A stretch of 64,000 bases of DNA from Octopus vulgaris (GCA_951406725.2 OX597820.1:35464001-35528000); one strand, 5' to 3'. Shown: positions 13,148-27,718, counted from the stretch's first letter. Notes: generated by a model from the sequence alone, not told the origin. Made by a program: numbers and translations.

Positions 13148-15369
13148 TACACTCAGTTCTCTTTTTGCACGGTTTTGAAATAACACGGTCCAACAAAAAG
13201 AACCGATTATTTTCTGCACTTTTTCTTTTACTTTAGCACGGTTTAAACATCTTTCCTTGAGTGACCACCGAATTTATTGTAAGTGGCAAGTAAACGATGA
13301 GTAACATCAATCGATTATAATTTATAAAACGCCGAAACTCTACGCAACAATTTAGCGAAGCAAAATAGAATCCAATCTATTTTTTACGTATAGTGATCCC
13401 TCACTCTCCGGTGTTAGCAGGACCTATGCCCTGTACATACCTCTGGCTGCGTGTATCTGTGCATTCAGACGGTGCGCAGCAGCAGTAGTTAGCATCGAGC
13501 CTAATACGAAAGACGTGTCGCGTGTTTCATCCTCTGAATAAAAAATATAGCATATTTTTTATTTACGAACGTGATAGTGATAACCTACCCCAAAATGTCG
13601 GTTGATTCATCTAAGAAAAATAAAAGAGCATCGATTTCTTTGGAGACCAAGATCAATATTTTGGAACGTCTTCGTAAGGGCGAAAGTGCAGCGTCCTCGG
13701 GTAGAGCTTTTTGTCTGAACGAAGCTACGATAAGAACGATCAAAAAGAGCAATGCTGCCATTAAAAAGATCTGTAGCTTCTGGAACAAAAATTATCTGCC
13801 AAGTCGTCGTCATATACAAGAGACATGATTCATGAAAAAATGGAGAAAGCTTTGATAATATGCATAGAAGAAAACAATAAAAAAAGGATACCAGTAGATG
13901 GTAAAACCATAAAACAGGTGGCATTACGATTTTACTAGAAGGTTAATGATCTGGAGTCATCAAGTGCATTATATCTGTCTAGTGATAAAAAGAAGAATGA
14001 ATTTGCTGCAAGTTCGGGATGACTTGCAAAATTCCTTGAAAGATATGCACTGCATAATATAAAAATGGGAGGGGAAATTTTATCGGCATATAAGATTGCT
14101 GCTGAAGAATTTCTTCCAAAACTAGGCAAAATAATTGAAGAAGACGGTTACATTTCAGAGCAAGTTTTCAACGCAGATGAAACTGGTTTCTTTTGGGGAA
14201 AAAATGCCAAACAGAACGTATATAGCAAAAAAGTGCCAGTGGTTTTAAGGCAACTGAAGACCGTGTTTGTTAAAACCGTTATTAATTAATCGATCAGTTC
14301 GTCCACGTGCAATGAAAGGCGTGGGCTGAAGTAAATTACCAGTTCATTAGAAAGTTAATAAAAAATCATGGATGACAGCAGAAATATTTACTGAATGGTT
14401 TAACAACTGCTTCGTTCTTGAAGTAAGAAGATATATGGAAGATAAAGGTCTTGAGTTTAAAATCCTTTTACTTATAGACAATGCATCCGGTCATCCAGAT
14501 TTGGAACACCCGAATGTAAAAGTCGTATTCTTACCACCAAATAAAACATCGCTGATTCAACCGCTTGATCAGGGTGTAATTTCAACATTCAAATCATATT
14601 ATATCCAACGAACATTTGAATATATTATAGATGAACTAGAAAAAGATGGCACACTTTCAATCTTTCAAGCATGGAAAAAATTTACTTTAATTAACTGTGT
14701 TAAATATGCTGCCTTGGCTTTATCCAAATCAAAGCCATCCACCCTAAATGCATACTGGAGATCAATTTGGTCAGAATGTGTAAAAACTAAATATCTCATA
14801 TCTAATATAAATACAGACGAATTACATTCTATTATCATCACTTTGTCACATCAGATTGGCAGAGGAGATTTTAAAAAATTAGCATTTGAAGATATTGCAG
14901 AAGTGACAACTCACGAAGCTCCTAATGAAGAACAATTCATAGAGAGCATTTCAGAGAATTTATATGATTCCACGTTAGTTTATAGTAGTGATGATGAAGA
15001 AGTGGTTCCACTACTGCAAGTACAATTCTAGAAAGCCTCCTCCAAATAGCGAATAAACTTGGAAATCATTTTCTTACAATGTTGAACGAGCTGTGCAATT
15101 CCAACGTGATATGAAAATGATTGTGGCACGTTATGAAGAATCATAGAAAGAACTAACAAAAACAAAATCACAGCATCTGATAACAGAATTTGTATTCAAA
15201 CCCAGTGAAACAAAAGAAACACAAGATGTTAATTTTATTCAAGATACACATGAAGATATAACACCATTAAATACTTCCAGTGACTTGAGTGATTTTGCGT
15301 CACCAAAAAACAAAAGAAAGCGGACACATTTGTTCTCTAGTAGTTATACTAAATGACTGAATGATTATG

Positions 15370-15409
<40 letters not shown>

Positions 15410-15566
15410 GTCAATTTATTTGTATATAAAAATAACATTTCTTTTATTAAATATATCTAGATGGAAGCTATCTCAAAATTTTCATATGTACACTGCATAT
15501 TTTTTACACGGTTTTATTTTGCATGGTAGTCTCTGGAACGTATTCCCCGTGCAAATTGAGTGTATA
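13148..15566 (+). mobile_element. Tigger/pogo DNA transposon, decayed
   Basis: Fragments from ATG 13595 encode a CENP-B-type HTH (KRASISLETKINILERL), VFNADETG, and DDE_1 motifs (LLLIDNASGHP, FLPPN.TSLIQPLDQGVI). Stops and frameshifts are present. The ends share TACACTCA...TTTGCACGG in inverted orientation; boundaries are approximate. Confidence 0.9.
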
Positions 15567-15639
15567 TATGTGCCCGCGTATGTATCGTTGGCAATTTTCT
15601 TTCTCCGTCTTCCCTTCCTTGGATCTTTCCTTTTCCTAT

Positions 15640-15675
15640 GTTTCTGACGAAGAGTTCCGCTCGAAACGTTAAAGC
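15640..15675 (+). ncRNA. Minimal hammerhead ribozyme motif
   Basis: GUUU-CUGACGA-A-GAG-UUCCG-CUC-GAAACGUUA-AAGC, with palindromic AACGUU in place of stem III. Confidence 0.65.
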
Positions 15676-15784
15676 TTCCTTCTTTCTTTCCTTTCCTGAG
15701 CGTCCAATAACACTATACTTGTTCCACGTCCTCGCGTTGCTGTGTCTTCTCTTTGTTCATATTTGAAGTAACTATATATGTATT

Positions 15785-15879
<95 letters not shown>

Positions 15880-15883
<4 letters not shown>

Positions 15884-16062
15884 AGAGTTTACGAAAAAAT
15901 CAAAAGACGAAGACAGGTGGTGTACAAAACAAACAGATGTATTAGTATAACGCTCAGGAATAGAAAAAGTCTTTTACGTTTCGAGCCTACGCTCTTCTAC
16001 AGAAATGGACACAGAAAAAAAAAAACAAGGAGAGAAAAAAATTTGTGTAGTGGCTAACGATC
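15880..16062 (-). mobile_element. Penelope-like terminal repeat fragment with variant hammerhead core (15971-16005)
   Basis: Minus strand reads CUGUAGA-A-GAGC-GUAG-GCUC-GAAACGUA. Homologous to 35165-35376; ends in (TA)n. Confidence 0.6.
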
Positions 16063-17036
16063 TGAAATTGTAAGGAACCATGCACATATGTATATTTATA
16101 TATACATATATATACATATATATAGCAGAAACAACTGTAACCAAATGCAGTTATAACATAACTATTGTTTCTTTTTTATTTTGTCATCTCTTTTTTTCTT
16201 ATTACTGCTCTATACTTATCTAACACTTTGTTCTGAAACATGCGTGTATTGAGTTCTATACTAGGCTGTTAGTCTAGCAATGCCTAAGCGAAATCCAAAT
16301 ACATATATGATGGAACGACAAACGAGGGTTCAGTAAAGTAAAAGGTTAATCATGTACTATGGACACGAATGTGTCTCTTGACGCCTGCTGATGACTCGCA
16401 AACCTTTTGGAAAATGGAACAAGTTGAGCACTCAGTTTGCTCGAGTGCTTATGGATCATTCATTATGTGTGTTCTTGAGTGGAGGGCAAGGCTTGCTTTG
16501 CTTCGTGCCACAAAACCACAATGACAAGTAAGGTTTTCATTTATGATTTAAGTATTACAACAATATGAACGTTTGCAGATTATGTGTAACTACGTGTATG
16601 TGTGCGGGAGTGCCTCAGTGTTTATATGTATGAGTATGTCTAAGACTAGCAACATTATTGATTGTTTCCCCCTTTTTATAGGATGGGGTGGCGCTAAGCT
16701 ATTCCAGGATGGTCATGATTCTTTGTCCGTAAGCGCTTCGCCAAACCAGCACACGCTCACACATAAACACACACCTACACACACACTCGGATACACACAC
16801 GCGTGTTTTATTTTCATCCATTTTAAATTACTTTCTTTTCTCAATAAAATGTTTGGGGCGTTTTACATTACTTTTCGCTTTTAGACAATTTTTGTCTATG
16901 TCAGCAAGAGAAAAAACAATTTTTTTAAATAAAAAATTACTAAGAAAACGTTGAAAATAAGAAAACGAAAAGAAGGCATATGTAATATTGCATATATACC
17001 TGTATACATACATACACATATATGTATATGTATGTA

Positions 17037-17151
<115 letters not shown>

Positions 17152-18164
17152 CGTGTATAAATATATTGAGTGTGTATATAAGTATATATTTTTATATATA
17201 TATACATACGTGTATAAATATATTGAGTGTGTATATAAGTTTATATATATATATATTTCAAAATAAAACTATAAAAGGACTAGAAAACATATACGAAGGA
17301 TGCTATTACGTCATGGCTATAAGCTAATGTGATTGGTCGATTGCTTTATTACCTCAGTGCCTGCACTGGCTGTGGTTCCCATAACAACTACATTATATTC
17401 CTCATAAGACAGTTTAGTCAATAAAAGGCAACAACTACAACAGCAAAACCTCATCAACATTTTATGAATGATTTTTGACATTTTGTTTTTATTTACTTTC
17501 ATTTAAATAAATTTGGTTTTTATATTTTTTGTTTATGCAAATGATGAAATAAATGTTTATGAATTACTGACGTTCGGACAGTACGGGGCTTGTCTGTATC
17601 ATTTCTTCTGTATCCTCCCCTATCTTGTTAATCAAATTTCGTCTGTATTAAATTCCTGAATGATTAGAAGATGGGTGTCCGTATGCAAATGTTTGCACAG
17701 TTAAAAATAACAACCAAATCTTCTTCAAGACCCTCAAATTTCACAAGATTTTTGTTGTACTTTCTATTTTTTAGCTTTTGTTTTATTTGTATTTTTATTT
17801 TTTATAAGGAAGAAGGGGTTGTATCGTTGGCCATCATAGTCCCTCCGTGATCGGTGATCTTCAATACAGCTGATGATTCTCTTGAATCAGCGTGAGCTGA
17901 TGGACTGAAGGAAAAACATGAGTAGCGAGAGAATATCTGAGAGCTCGATGTTCTGGAAAGGGAGAATTGACTGAAAGCTATTAAGGCGGTGCCAGGGAGA
18001 ATTAACAAAATAAGAGTCATAAGAGAAAAAAAGATGTCTGAACAGGTGGGCCTCAGTGAAGATAAAATGGGGCCAGCCAGCAGTAGCAAAGGCCACTGAA
18101 GCAGCAAGCTACAAAAAATATACAATTTAATCTCCCCCAAAACACTCTAGCTGTCATAGAGTAA

Positions 18165-18340
18165 TGAGGAACATCGTCTGTCTTTACGTTCTGAATTCAA
18201 ATTCCGCGGAGGTCGACTTTGCCTTTCATCTTTTCGAGGTCGATAAATTAAGTACCAGTTGCATACTGGGGCCGATCGAAACAACTGGCCTCTCCCCCAA
18301 AATTTTGGGCCTTATTCTTAGAGAGAAAAGAGTAATGATG
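18165..18340 (+). mobile_element. SINE family D
   Basis: GAATTCAAATTCCGCGGAGGTCGACTTTGCCTTTCATC...AAGTACCAGTTG. Confidence 0.75.
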
Positions 18341-18374
18341 AACATATTGATAATATATATTTCTGTGTGTGATG

Positions 18375-18680
18375 AACGTGCTTGACTCACTGGTTAGAGC
18401 ATCAGACTCATGATCATGGAGTAGTGAGTTCGATTCACTGACAGGGCTGTGCTGTATTCTTGAGTAAGACACTTTATTTTTTCATGTTGCCCCAGTTCAG
18501 TCAACTGTAGAAATAAGTGCCAAGCTGTATCAGCCTTTCCCTATCCCTTGGATATCATCGGTGTCGTGTAGAAAGGAGGCTGGTATGCATGGGTGACTTC
18601 TGGTCTCCTATAAACAACTTTACCTGGACTTGTGCCTCGGAGGAGAACTTTCCAGGCACAATTCCATGGTTATCTATGAC
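18375..18680 (+). mobile_element. SINE family C, diverged
   Basis: Collinear with 29652-29986 and 51501-51833. Confidence 0.75.
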
Positions 18681-18984
18681 CTTTTGTGTGTGATGTCATC
18701 TTTTAGTCTTCTGCTAAAATATCCAGCCCTTACTGCAGTTTGGTAGTTTGTGTGCCTCGATAACCCTGAGAGCTCGGCAAGCAGAATGTAAGCACCTTAT
18801 AGGGCCTCCCATGCTAGACTAGTCAAAGGATAGTCGCCAGTTTAAAATGGGTCATATCTCCCCAAATTAGGTTTGCGTAGGGCCAACACCTTCGTCTACA
18901 GAAAGCAAACAAAAGCAAAATTACACAAACATCGATGGCAATTCAAAACCACCAAGAACTGGGAGAGGAAGGCTTTCACTCGAG

Positions 18985-19100
18985 GAAACATGAACCCACA
19001 AGAGAAGCAGAAGAGAAGACACCCTAAAATAGTTAGTGACGAGATACTGAGACAGAGCTGAAAAAGCAGGAAGCAAGCTTACGAGGAGCAGAAAATTATA
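18985..19100 (+). mobile_element. RTE-clade LINE 3' fragment
   Basis: MNPQEKQKRRHPK followed by DTETELK resembles the RTE C-terminal WNPQGKRKRGRPK..WRR...AEL motif. Confidence 0.45.
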
Positions 19101-19621
19101 TATTACATAGAGAACAAAGGGCTTACGTAAAGTACCCTTTAGACATGTGAGGCCATGGATCTAGAATTTGAATGTTTTGCTTTACTCTACGTTACGTCTT
19201 TAGGGTGACACACGGATGTAACAGGCCAGTACTCCGTTGTTGTCCACGTTGTGGTATAGTAGTGAGGAAATATTAGAGTATCCTCTCCAGACCACGGACA
19301 CGAGCAAAATTATATGGATACCCAGGATTTAATCATGATGGCCAGTCTTACCGATGCTACACAATAGACGGACAAGGACGATATAATTTAGCGCCACTAT
19401 CATCGGAGAAGATTTCAGAACGAAATTGAAAACAAAATCAGATATTAGAGGTTCGCTTTATCGTTAAGGTTTACTCCTAAAGCTTTTGCAGTGAACAGGT
19501 AAGGCCACATGGCAGCATGGGCTTGAAATGAGACTTTTTCTTCTCTTAGATAAGCTGTCTTCGCACACTGACATCTTCTATCTACGGATAGAGGTAACAC
19601 TTCTTCCTGTCAATAAATTTC

Positions 19622-20008
19622 GTAAGTGTGGTTAGAATCTTGCTTCCCAACTACATGGTTCCGGGTTCAGTTTCACTGCATGGCATCTTGGGCAAGTGTT
19701 TTCTACTACAGCCCCAGGCCGACAAAAATCTTGTGAATGGATTTGGTAGGTGGAAACTGAAAGAAGTCTGTCATATGTATAGGCGTGTGTGTGTACGTGT
19801 CTGTCTGTCTGTTTGTCCACCACCACCACTTGACAACCGGTATTGATGCGTTTACGTCCATGTAACCTAGCTGTTCGACAAAAAAAGATCGTTACAATAA
19901 TTATTAGGCTTTAAAAAGTCTTCGGGTTGATTTGTTCGACTAAAATTCTTCAAGGTGGCGCTCCAGCATGGCCGCAGTCAAATGAATGAAACAAGTAAAA
20001 GATAAAAT
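19622..20008 (+). mobile_element. SINE family B, near full length with internal (TG)/(TGTC) tract
   Basis: Head ATGGTTCCGGGTTCAG and tail GGCGCTCCAGCATGGCCGCAGTCAAATGAATGAAACAAGTAAAAG. Confidence 0.85.
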
Positions 20009-20302
20009 ATCCTATTTTTGATTTCTTGCAAATTTTTGCAAAACCGTTTCGGTAAGGTAGAACTTGCATGGATGCACTTCCAACTAGAGATAGCAGCTAA
20101 ATCTCCTTCAAATCGCTAGAGTTGTGTAAATGTAACTTTCTCTTCTTGGTTTACCTTGAGGAAGGTCCCCTCCGATTGATGAGGTCAACTCGGTCAACGT
20201 TGCTCTTGATAGCTGCTAATTAAGTACTGTATGGAAAAGAATGAGAAAGGAAGAAATACTAAATCAAATATAAATAAAACTATATTTCGATATGAATACA
20301 TA

Positions 20303-20387
<85 letters not shown>

Positions 20388-20709
20388 GAGACGCATTTCT
20401 GTTTGTTTATGTATGTCTGTGTATCTGTCCATGGATATGTGATAATGTGAGCGTATATTTGGAGCAAGGGTTGGTTATAGACTGATTTATCGATTAATCG
20501 CTTCATTTCAATATATTCGTAGTTATCAAAAATGACATTATCGATCCAAGAATTAGGAGAGAATATTCCATGTAGTCGAGAATTCGATATTTTTCATGTC
20601 CTGCACTCTTACGATCTCCATTTGGCTTACCTTCTTCTAATGTTCACCTCATTTTTCCTTCCTTCATTCTTTCTTTTGACTTTCGCTCTCTATAGTTTAG
20701 CAATTTTCC

Positions 20710-20744
<35 letters not shown>

Positions 20745-20923
20745 CCCTCCTCTCATTGTGAGTATTCGTCTCTGAATGTATGCAAATATATATGAATATG
20801 CATACATTTATGTAGGTATGTATGTATATGCATTTAAGTGTTTGTATGTGTGTTTGTGTATTTATATAAATATATATACATACATATACATATATATAGA
20901 CACATATATATATATGAATATGC

Positions 20924-20961
<38 letters not shown>

Positions 20962-21717
20962 ATACACAATCATACTCACACATGCATATACGCATGTATG
21001 CTTATGCGTATGCATGTATGAATGTATGCATGTTTGTATGTAAATATTCATGCATATATGTATGCATGTATAAATATATGCATGTTTGTGAGTATGTATG
21101 TATGAATGTCTGTATGCAATGATGTATGTATGTATGTATGTATGTATGTATGTATGTATGTATGTATATATGTATGTAAGTATGTATGTATGTATAAGCA
21201 TCATGCCTTGGCTTGCTTACAGCCATGCTTCGTTCTGCGAAATACTCAACCAATTAAACATAATTCAAAAATAGGTCGTACCATTGAGCAGACAACAGGG
21301 GTAGCCATCGTCGAAACTGATGGAAGACCCATTTACTTATACTCTTACGTGAAGTGACGAAATAGCAGTTTACATTTACACACACACACACATCCACAAA
21401 CACATACATCCACAAACACACACACACACACAGACACATCCACAAACACACACACACACGTACATCTAGTAATCTATGGGATTATAAACCTAGGGATTAC
21501 AATCGCGGGAATTAGAAGGTCAGATACTGGAACTGGTGAAGTAATAGAAATACTTCGACAACCAATTCTGACTCTTTCCAGAAACGTGGCAAAGAGCAGT
21601 ATCCAGCTGCGACACATTTGCTCTTCTAGTAGCACCCCCACCAGACACCACTCCATATAGGCGTGTGTGCATATACTTACACGCGTCCTTGAAGATACAG
21701 ATACATACACACATATC

Positions 21718-21760
<43 letters not shown>

Positions 21761-21870
21761 AAAATAGATAGATAGATAGAGAGAGAGAGATACATACATA
21801 CATACATACATACATACATACATACATACATACATTTCTAGGAATATTTATTTATAAATATGTGGGTGTT

Positions 21871-21980
<110 letters not shown>

Positions 21981-22589
21981 CATACATACATACATACATA
22001 CATACATACATACATACATACAGGTATGTATGTAGGTAGGTAGATAGATATATAGATTGATAGATATATAGATTGATAGATAGATATATTTAGATAGATA
22101 GATTGATAGATAGATAGATGGATAGATAGATAGATGGATAGATAGACAGAGAGAGATATATTGGATATGTATATAAGTTTATACACATACATACACACAT
22201 ACATACATACATACATACATACATACATACATACATACATACATACATACATACATACATACATACATACATACATACATGCCTACATACATACATCTAA
22301 CTTTGTCCATTTGAGCAACAGACCGTAAGTCGATGGTATTTAGAGTCGTGTGTCCAGTGAATTAATTCCGATAACAGCCAATCATCTGTACAATCAATAC
22401 GGCAATCAACCAATCGTATCACTGGACTGTTTATAACTTTTATGGACGGGGAATAGTTATAGGGTGACGGTGTAAGTACCGTTGAAGGTCACAGACGATG
22501 TCTTCATATATGCCTGGATGTGTGTATGCGTGTTTATATCTGTGTGTGTGTGCGTGCGTGCGTGCGTATGTGCGTGCGTGTGTTTATGA

Positions 22590-22867
22590 ATGCTCGTAGC
22601 TTAATGGTTAGGGGTATTCGGCTCACGATCGTAAGATTGTGAGTTCGATTCCCGGCAGCGTGTTTTGTCCTTGAGCAAAGCACTTTATTTCACGTTGCTC
22701 CATTTCACTTAACTAGCAAGTATGAGCCGTGCATCTAATTCAAGGAATCAGCCTTGTCATATTCTGTATCAAGTTAAATCTCGCTAAGATCTACGTGAAG
22801 GTTACGTGTGTCTGTTCCGTTGATCGGATCGACTGGAACACTCGTCGTCGTAACCGACGGAGTCCCG
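22590..22867 (+). mobile_element. SINE with family-C-like head and the type ii tail (GTCGTAACCGACGGAGT)
   Basis: B-box GAGTTCGATTCC; CACTTTATTTCACGTTGCTCCA is shared with family C. The tail matches the reverse complement of 23684-23740. Confidence 0.75.
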
Positions 22868-23164
22868 GTATGTATGTGTTTACTGTACATATGAAAGTAC
22901 ACAGCAAGTACTGTTGCAGGTAATGTCGAATGGTGAAAACTTTCTCTCCACAATCTCAAGGGTCGCTTGGATTCTTGAGAAAGTCTGCCATATGCGTAAA
23001 ATGACCCCTACCCTTGTAAATAAATCCAGTCAGACGGATTTGTTTGATCTGTTTTCCAAGAGGGACAGTCTTGTCACAAGCATTGTTGCATTGAGATCAG
23101 GTAATGGTTATCTAATTTAAGAGTATGAAATTAAACTGAAACTCAAATAATCCTTGCGATGGCT

Positions 23165-23500
23165 ATTACGGGCACAATATACAAACTCTGTGTAACAGAA
23201 CCAGGTATTTTAATTATAGTAGAGTCTACAAAGTTAATGTACTGAGGGTGGGTCTTTGAACTAGAGGTACAACCCACAAACTTATAGTAGCAAGAGTGGA
23301 CTTTTTTTATTTAGAGTACAGTACATAAAATTTTATTCTGAGTATAGTTCACAAACTTATTGTAGCAAGGGTGAATTTTTTATTGTGAGCACAGTTCATA
23401 TATTCAGCTTACAACATCTGTCCTTTAATTTACGGGTACAGTCTACAAAGTCAATGTAACATTGTGGCCCTTTGAATTAAAGGCAACAAATTATTGTAAA
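23165..23500. repeat. Degenerate minisatellite (~45-60-nt units)
   Basis: Recurring GAGTACAGT(C/T)(T/C)ACAAA(C/G)TTA(T/A)TGTAGCAAG(A/G)GTG-like unit. Confidence 0.6.
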
Positions 23501-23679
23501 GGTTGACATATGGTGTCATTGTTTATGAATTATTAACCAGGAGAAAGAGCAGTGCCGTTGACTTTGTTCGGAGTGCCTAAAACAGGCGGGAGGAAGTTGT
23601 TATTAGACTAGTGACCTAACGGCAATGCTCTGCTAAAAATACTCGATGATCGAAAAATAATGCTAAACACTTAGGATAG

Positions 23680-24056
23680 GGAAGCACTCCGTCGGTTACG
23701 ACGACAAGGGTTCCGGTTGATCCGAATCAACGGAACAGCCTGCTCGTGAAATTAACGTGTAAGTGGCTGAGCACTCCACAGACACGTGTACCCTCTTAAC
23801 GTAGTTCTCGGGGATATTCAGCGTGACACAGAGAGTGACAAGGCCGGCCCTTTGAAATACAGGTACAACAGAAACAGGAAATAAGAGTGAGAGAAAGTTG
23901 TGGTGAAAGAGTAGAGCAGGGATCACCACCATCCCCTGCCGGAGTTTCGTGGAGCTTTAGGTGTCTTCGCTCAATAAACACTCACACGCCCTGTCTGGGA
24001 ATCGAAACCGCGATCCTATGAGTCCGCTGCCCGAACCACTGGGCCATTGCGCCTCC
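23680..24056 (-). mobile_element. SINE family A, full length, tail type ii, with 13-bp target-site duplication
   Basis: ACACTTAGGATAG occurs at 23667-23679 and 24057-24069; the tRNA-like head is at the right end. Confidence 0.9.
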
Positions 24057-24123
24057 ACACTTAGGATAGATCAATTCCAACACCGAAGAACGACAACAAC
24101 ATTTTTTACTCTATCTATATCTA

Positions 24124-24237
<114 letters not shown>

Positions 24238-24389
24238 GTCTGTCTCTCTGCCTGTCTATCTATTTATTTCTCTCTCTCTTTACACACACACACATATGTA
24301 TATATACATATATAAGTATGTATGTACATATATGTATGTATATACATATATGTATGTATATACGCATATATTTCTATATTATTTATATG

Positions 24390-24448
<59 letters not shown>

Positions 24449-24599
24449 GACCCTCTAATATATACACAGATACACACACATACATACATATATATATATA
24501 TTGATATATGAAAAAATTAAATAGAAATGGCATTTTGATAATTTTTTCCCCTTTAATAATTAGATGTTTATAAGTTTGTAAATATATTCCTTTTTTCTT

Positions 24600-25093
24600 T
24601 TATTCTTTTATTCCTTTCAGCCATGCAACTGCGGTCATGCTGGAGCACCACTGTGGTCTGGCTGTTTTCCCCAGACTGGTGGGTTTCACATCACCACTCC
24701 TGTGTGTGCCTTTGATCCAGCTGTTGGTGTATGAGGGAGTTTGATTCTGCTGCCCTCATTTGTACCTCATGTAGGGCCGTCGGTTTATCGGATACTGCGA
24801 AGAGGAAGACGTCTTGTTCCATTTTGAAGACACCTACGTCCGTATTGTGTAAGTTCCTTAATTTTTTGTGGCAGAGCATTGAAGAACTGTGGGCCTTTGC
24901 AGTATCTGGTCCTGAACTGAGATGTAGTGGAAATACATTTGGTACAATTCAATTGCGTCCAGTTCCAGCATTTGTATAATAGTCGATGCTAAAATTAGGT
25001 ACTAGCCCTTGTATATTTTTCCATTTATAGATTATTACATATCTGCCGCACCTTCTCTCCACGGAGTAAAGTAACAGTTCTTTCAGCCTCCCC
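24600..25093 (-). mobile_element. CR1-group LINE 3' fragment
   Basis: LYSVERR..RY.IIY.WK..QGLVPNF and QMRAAESNSL match the 3' end of 30881-32990. Confidence 0.85.
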
Positions 25094-25165
25094 CATATGT
25101 ATATGTATATTAGATGCATACAGACATACACCTATTCACACACATACACACGTATTCATACTTCA

Positions 25166-25209
<44 letters not shown>

Positions 25210-25339
25210 TATATATACATATATATATATATATAAGCGGGGAAATGTAACTGTGGCCAGGTTCGTATGTCTGTGAACACACATATTACATTTTCAAGTA
25301 CTATGAAATTACATATGACGGCGGTGCCCAACACCACCT

Positions 25340-26115
25340 GCATAGATGATGTTGATGATGAGGACGGCAGCGGCGGCGGCGTGGCGGCGGCGTGGCGGCG
25401 GCGTGGCGGCGGCGTGGCGGCAGCGTGGCGGCGGCGTGGCGGCGGCGTGGCGGCGGCGTGGCGGCGGTGGTGACGGCGGCGGCGGTGGTGACGGCGGCGG
25501 CGGTGGTGACGGCGGCGGCGGTGGTGGTGGTGGTGGTGGTGGTGGTGGTGGTGATGGCGGTGGTGGTTTGGTGGTGGTTGCAGTGGTTGTTGTGGTGGTG
25601 GTGGAGTGATGCAAGGTTCTACTGAGAACGATGGTAGCATTGTTAATAACGCCAGTAATATTGAGGATGATAATCAAAGTAAGACGACGACTGCGACGAC
25701 AACGCAAAAACCAATTCGGAAGACTGGGGATTATGACGACGACGACGACGACGGGGACACCGGCGACGTCGGTGGCAGCAGTGAGAACATGAGCAATGAC
25801 GATGAAAGATTAATGATGGACTCTCATTTTAATGAGAATGTTCAACAAATATGTCCACTATTACTCTGATTGATGGTGATTGAGCATGCGAGGTGTGATT
25901 CACAAAAAAAAAAAGACACACGGCACAGTTAGTACGAAAAGCATGCAGAGGTGTATGTGTTTTTTGTCTTTGTATGAGAGTGTGTGAGTGTGCTTGGGGA
26001 GGGTGAGGGAGAGGAGACCCGAGCATTCGAACACCAAAGCCAAACCGAATACACATAAGAACAACAACGATGATGATGGTGGTGATGGTAGTGATGATAA
26101 TGATGATGGTGGTGA

Positions 26116-26156
<41 letters not shown>

Positions 26157-26700
26157 ATGACGATGATGATGATGATGATGATGTGGGTCGTGGTGGTGGT
26201 AGTGGTAGTGGGAGTGATGATGGTGATGGTGGTGGTGGTGATGGTGGTGGTGATAGTGGTGGTGATGGTGGTGGTGATGGTGGTAGTGGTAGTGATGATA
26301 ATGATGATGGTGGTGATAATGATGAAGATGATGATGATGGTGGTGGTGGTAGTGGGCGATGGTAGCGGTGGGGGTGATGATGGTGGGGTGGGGGGGTAGT
26401 GATGATAATGATGATGACGACGAGGACGATGATGATGAATGGTTTCCACTATAGGTGCAAGGCCTGAAATTTTTGGTGAGATGTGCTACTCATTTAAATC
26501 GACCTCAGTGCTTGACCGGTCCTTTATTTCATCGATCCCAAAAGCATGAAGGGCAAAGTTTGACCTTGGCGGAATTCAAATTCAGAACATTAAAAGCCGG
26601 AAGAAATGCCGCTAAGTATCTTATACGTTGCTAATAGTTCTGTCTGCAGGCTGCCTTTAATAATAATACTTTCAAAGTTTTGGTTACAGCCAGAAATAAC

Positions 26701-26765
<65 letters not shown>

Positions 26766-27117
26766 TAATTGGGGAAGCATCATAAACATGTGTTGAGAGG
26801 GATTCTTTGGGTTTGAATAATTCACCTCTAGAAACATGGATGTTTCGTTCAACATCATGGTGGTGGTGGTGGTGGTGATGATGATGAAGGTGATGATAAT
26901 GATGATGATGTTGATGATGATGATAATGATGATAGCGGTGGTGTTGGCGGCGGTGGTAGTGGTGTTGGTGGTGGTGGCGGTGGTGGGGGTTGGGTGGGGG
27001 TAGTGGTGGTGGTGGTCATCGTCGTTGTTGCCGTGTTTGTGGTGGTTGTGGTAGAGGTGGTTTTGATGGTGTTTGTAGTCATTGTAATGATGATTATTTT
27101 TATTATTATTATCATTC

Positions 27118-27175
<58 letters not shown>

Positions 27176-27240
27176 TAATATTATTATTATTACTATTATT
27201 ATTACTATTACTATTATTATAATGGTGATGTTGTGAGAGG
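25340..27240. repeat. Compound trinucleotide microsatellite field: (GGC), (GGT), (GAT), (GAC), (AAT), (ATT)
   Basis: Directly visible; includes GGCGGCGGCGT 11-mer repeats at ~25372-25465. Confidence 0.95.
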
Positions 27241-27529
27241 TAATGAAAATGGTGGCGCCGTTTGCGGTTGATGGATTAACTGGTGTGATATAGCAGATAT
27301 GAGATTACGCGTCTATTGTAAGATTGCATGCAAGACCACATTCTCTCAACACACGTTTTCCGTTCATGGTGTCTGTTGGAACCGAAATTGTGTGAGTGAA
27401 AACTGTATTTACATGCGTGTTTGTGGTATGTTGTTTGCTTGCATAAGTGTATCTCTCTCTCTCTCTTTTTTCTCTCTCTCTGTACACACACACATATATA
27501 AGTATATACACATATATATATATATATAG

Positions 27530-27570
<41 letters not shown>

Positions 27571-27641
27571 TACATACATACATGCATTCATTCATTTATA
27601 TATAAACATATATTGCATGTATGATTATATATGTATGTATA

Positions 27642-27718
<77 letters not shown>

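Noticed and set aside
17866-17900. CUGAUGA followed by a hairpin
   Set aside because: No GAAA or cleavage triplet; a simple hairpin.
23165-23500. CRISPR-like array
   Set aside because: Units are degenerate with no constant repeat/unique spacer pattern, no cas genes, and a eukaryotic context.
25110-27236. Poly-His/Pro/Gly/Asp ORFs as low-complexity proteins
   Set aside because: Open in several frames on both strands because of triplet repeats; no splice or domain support.
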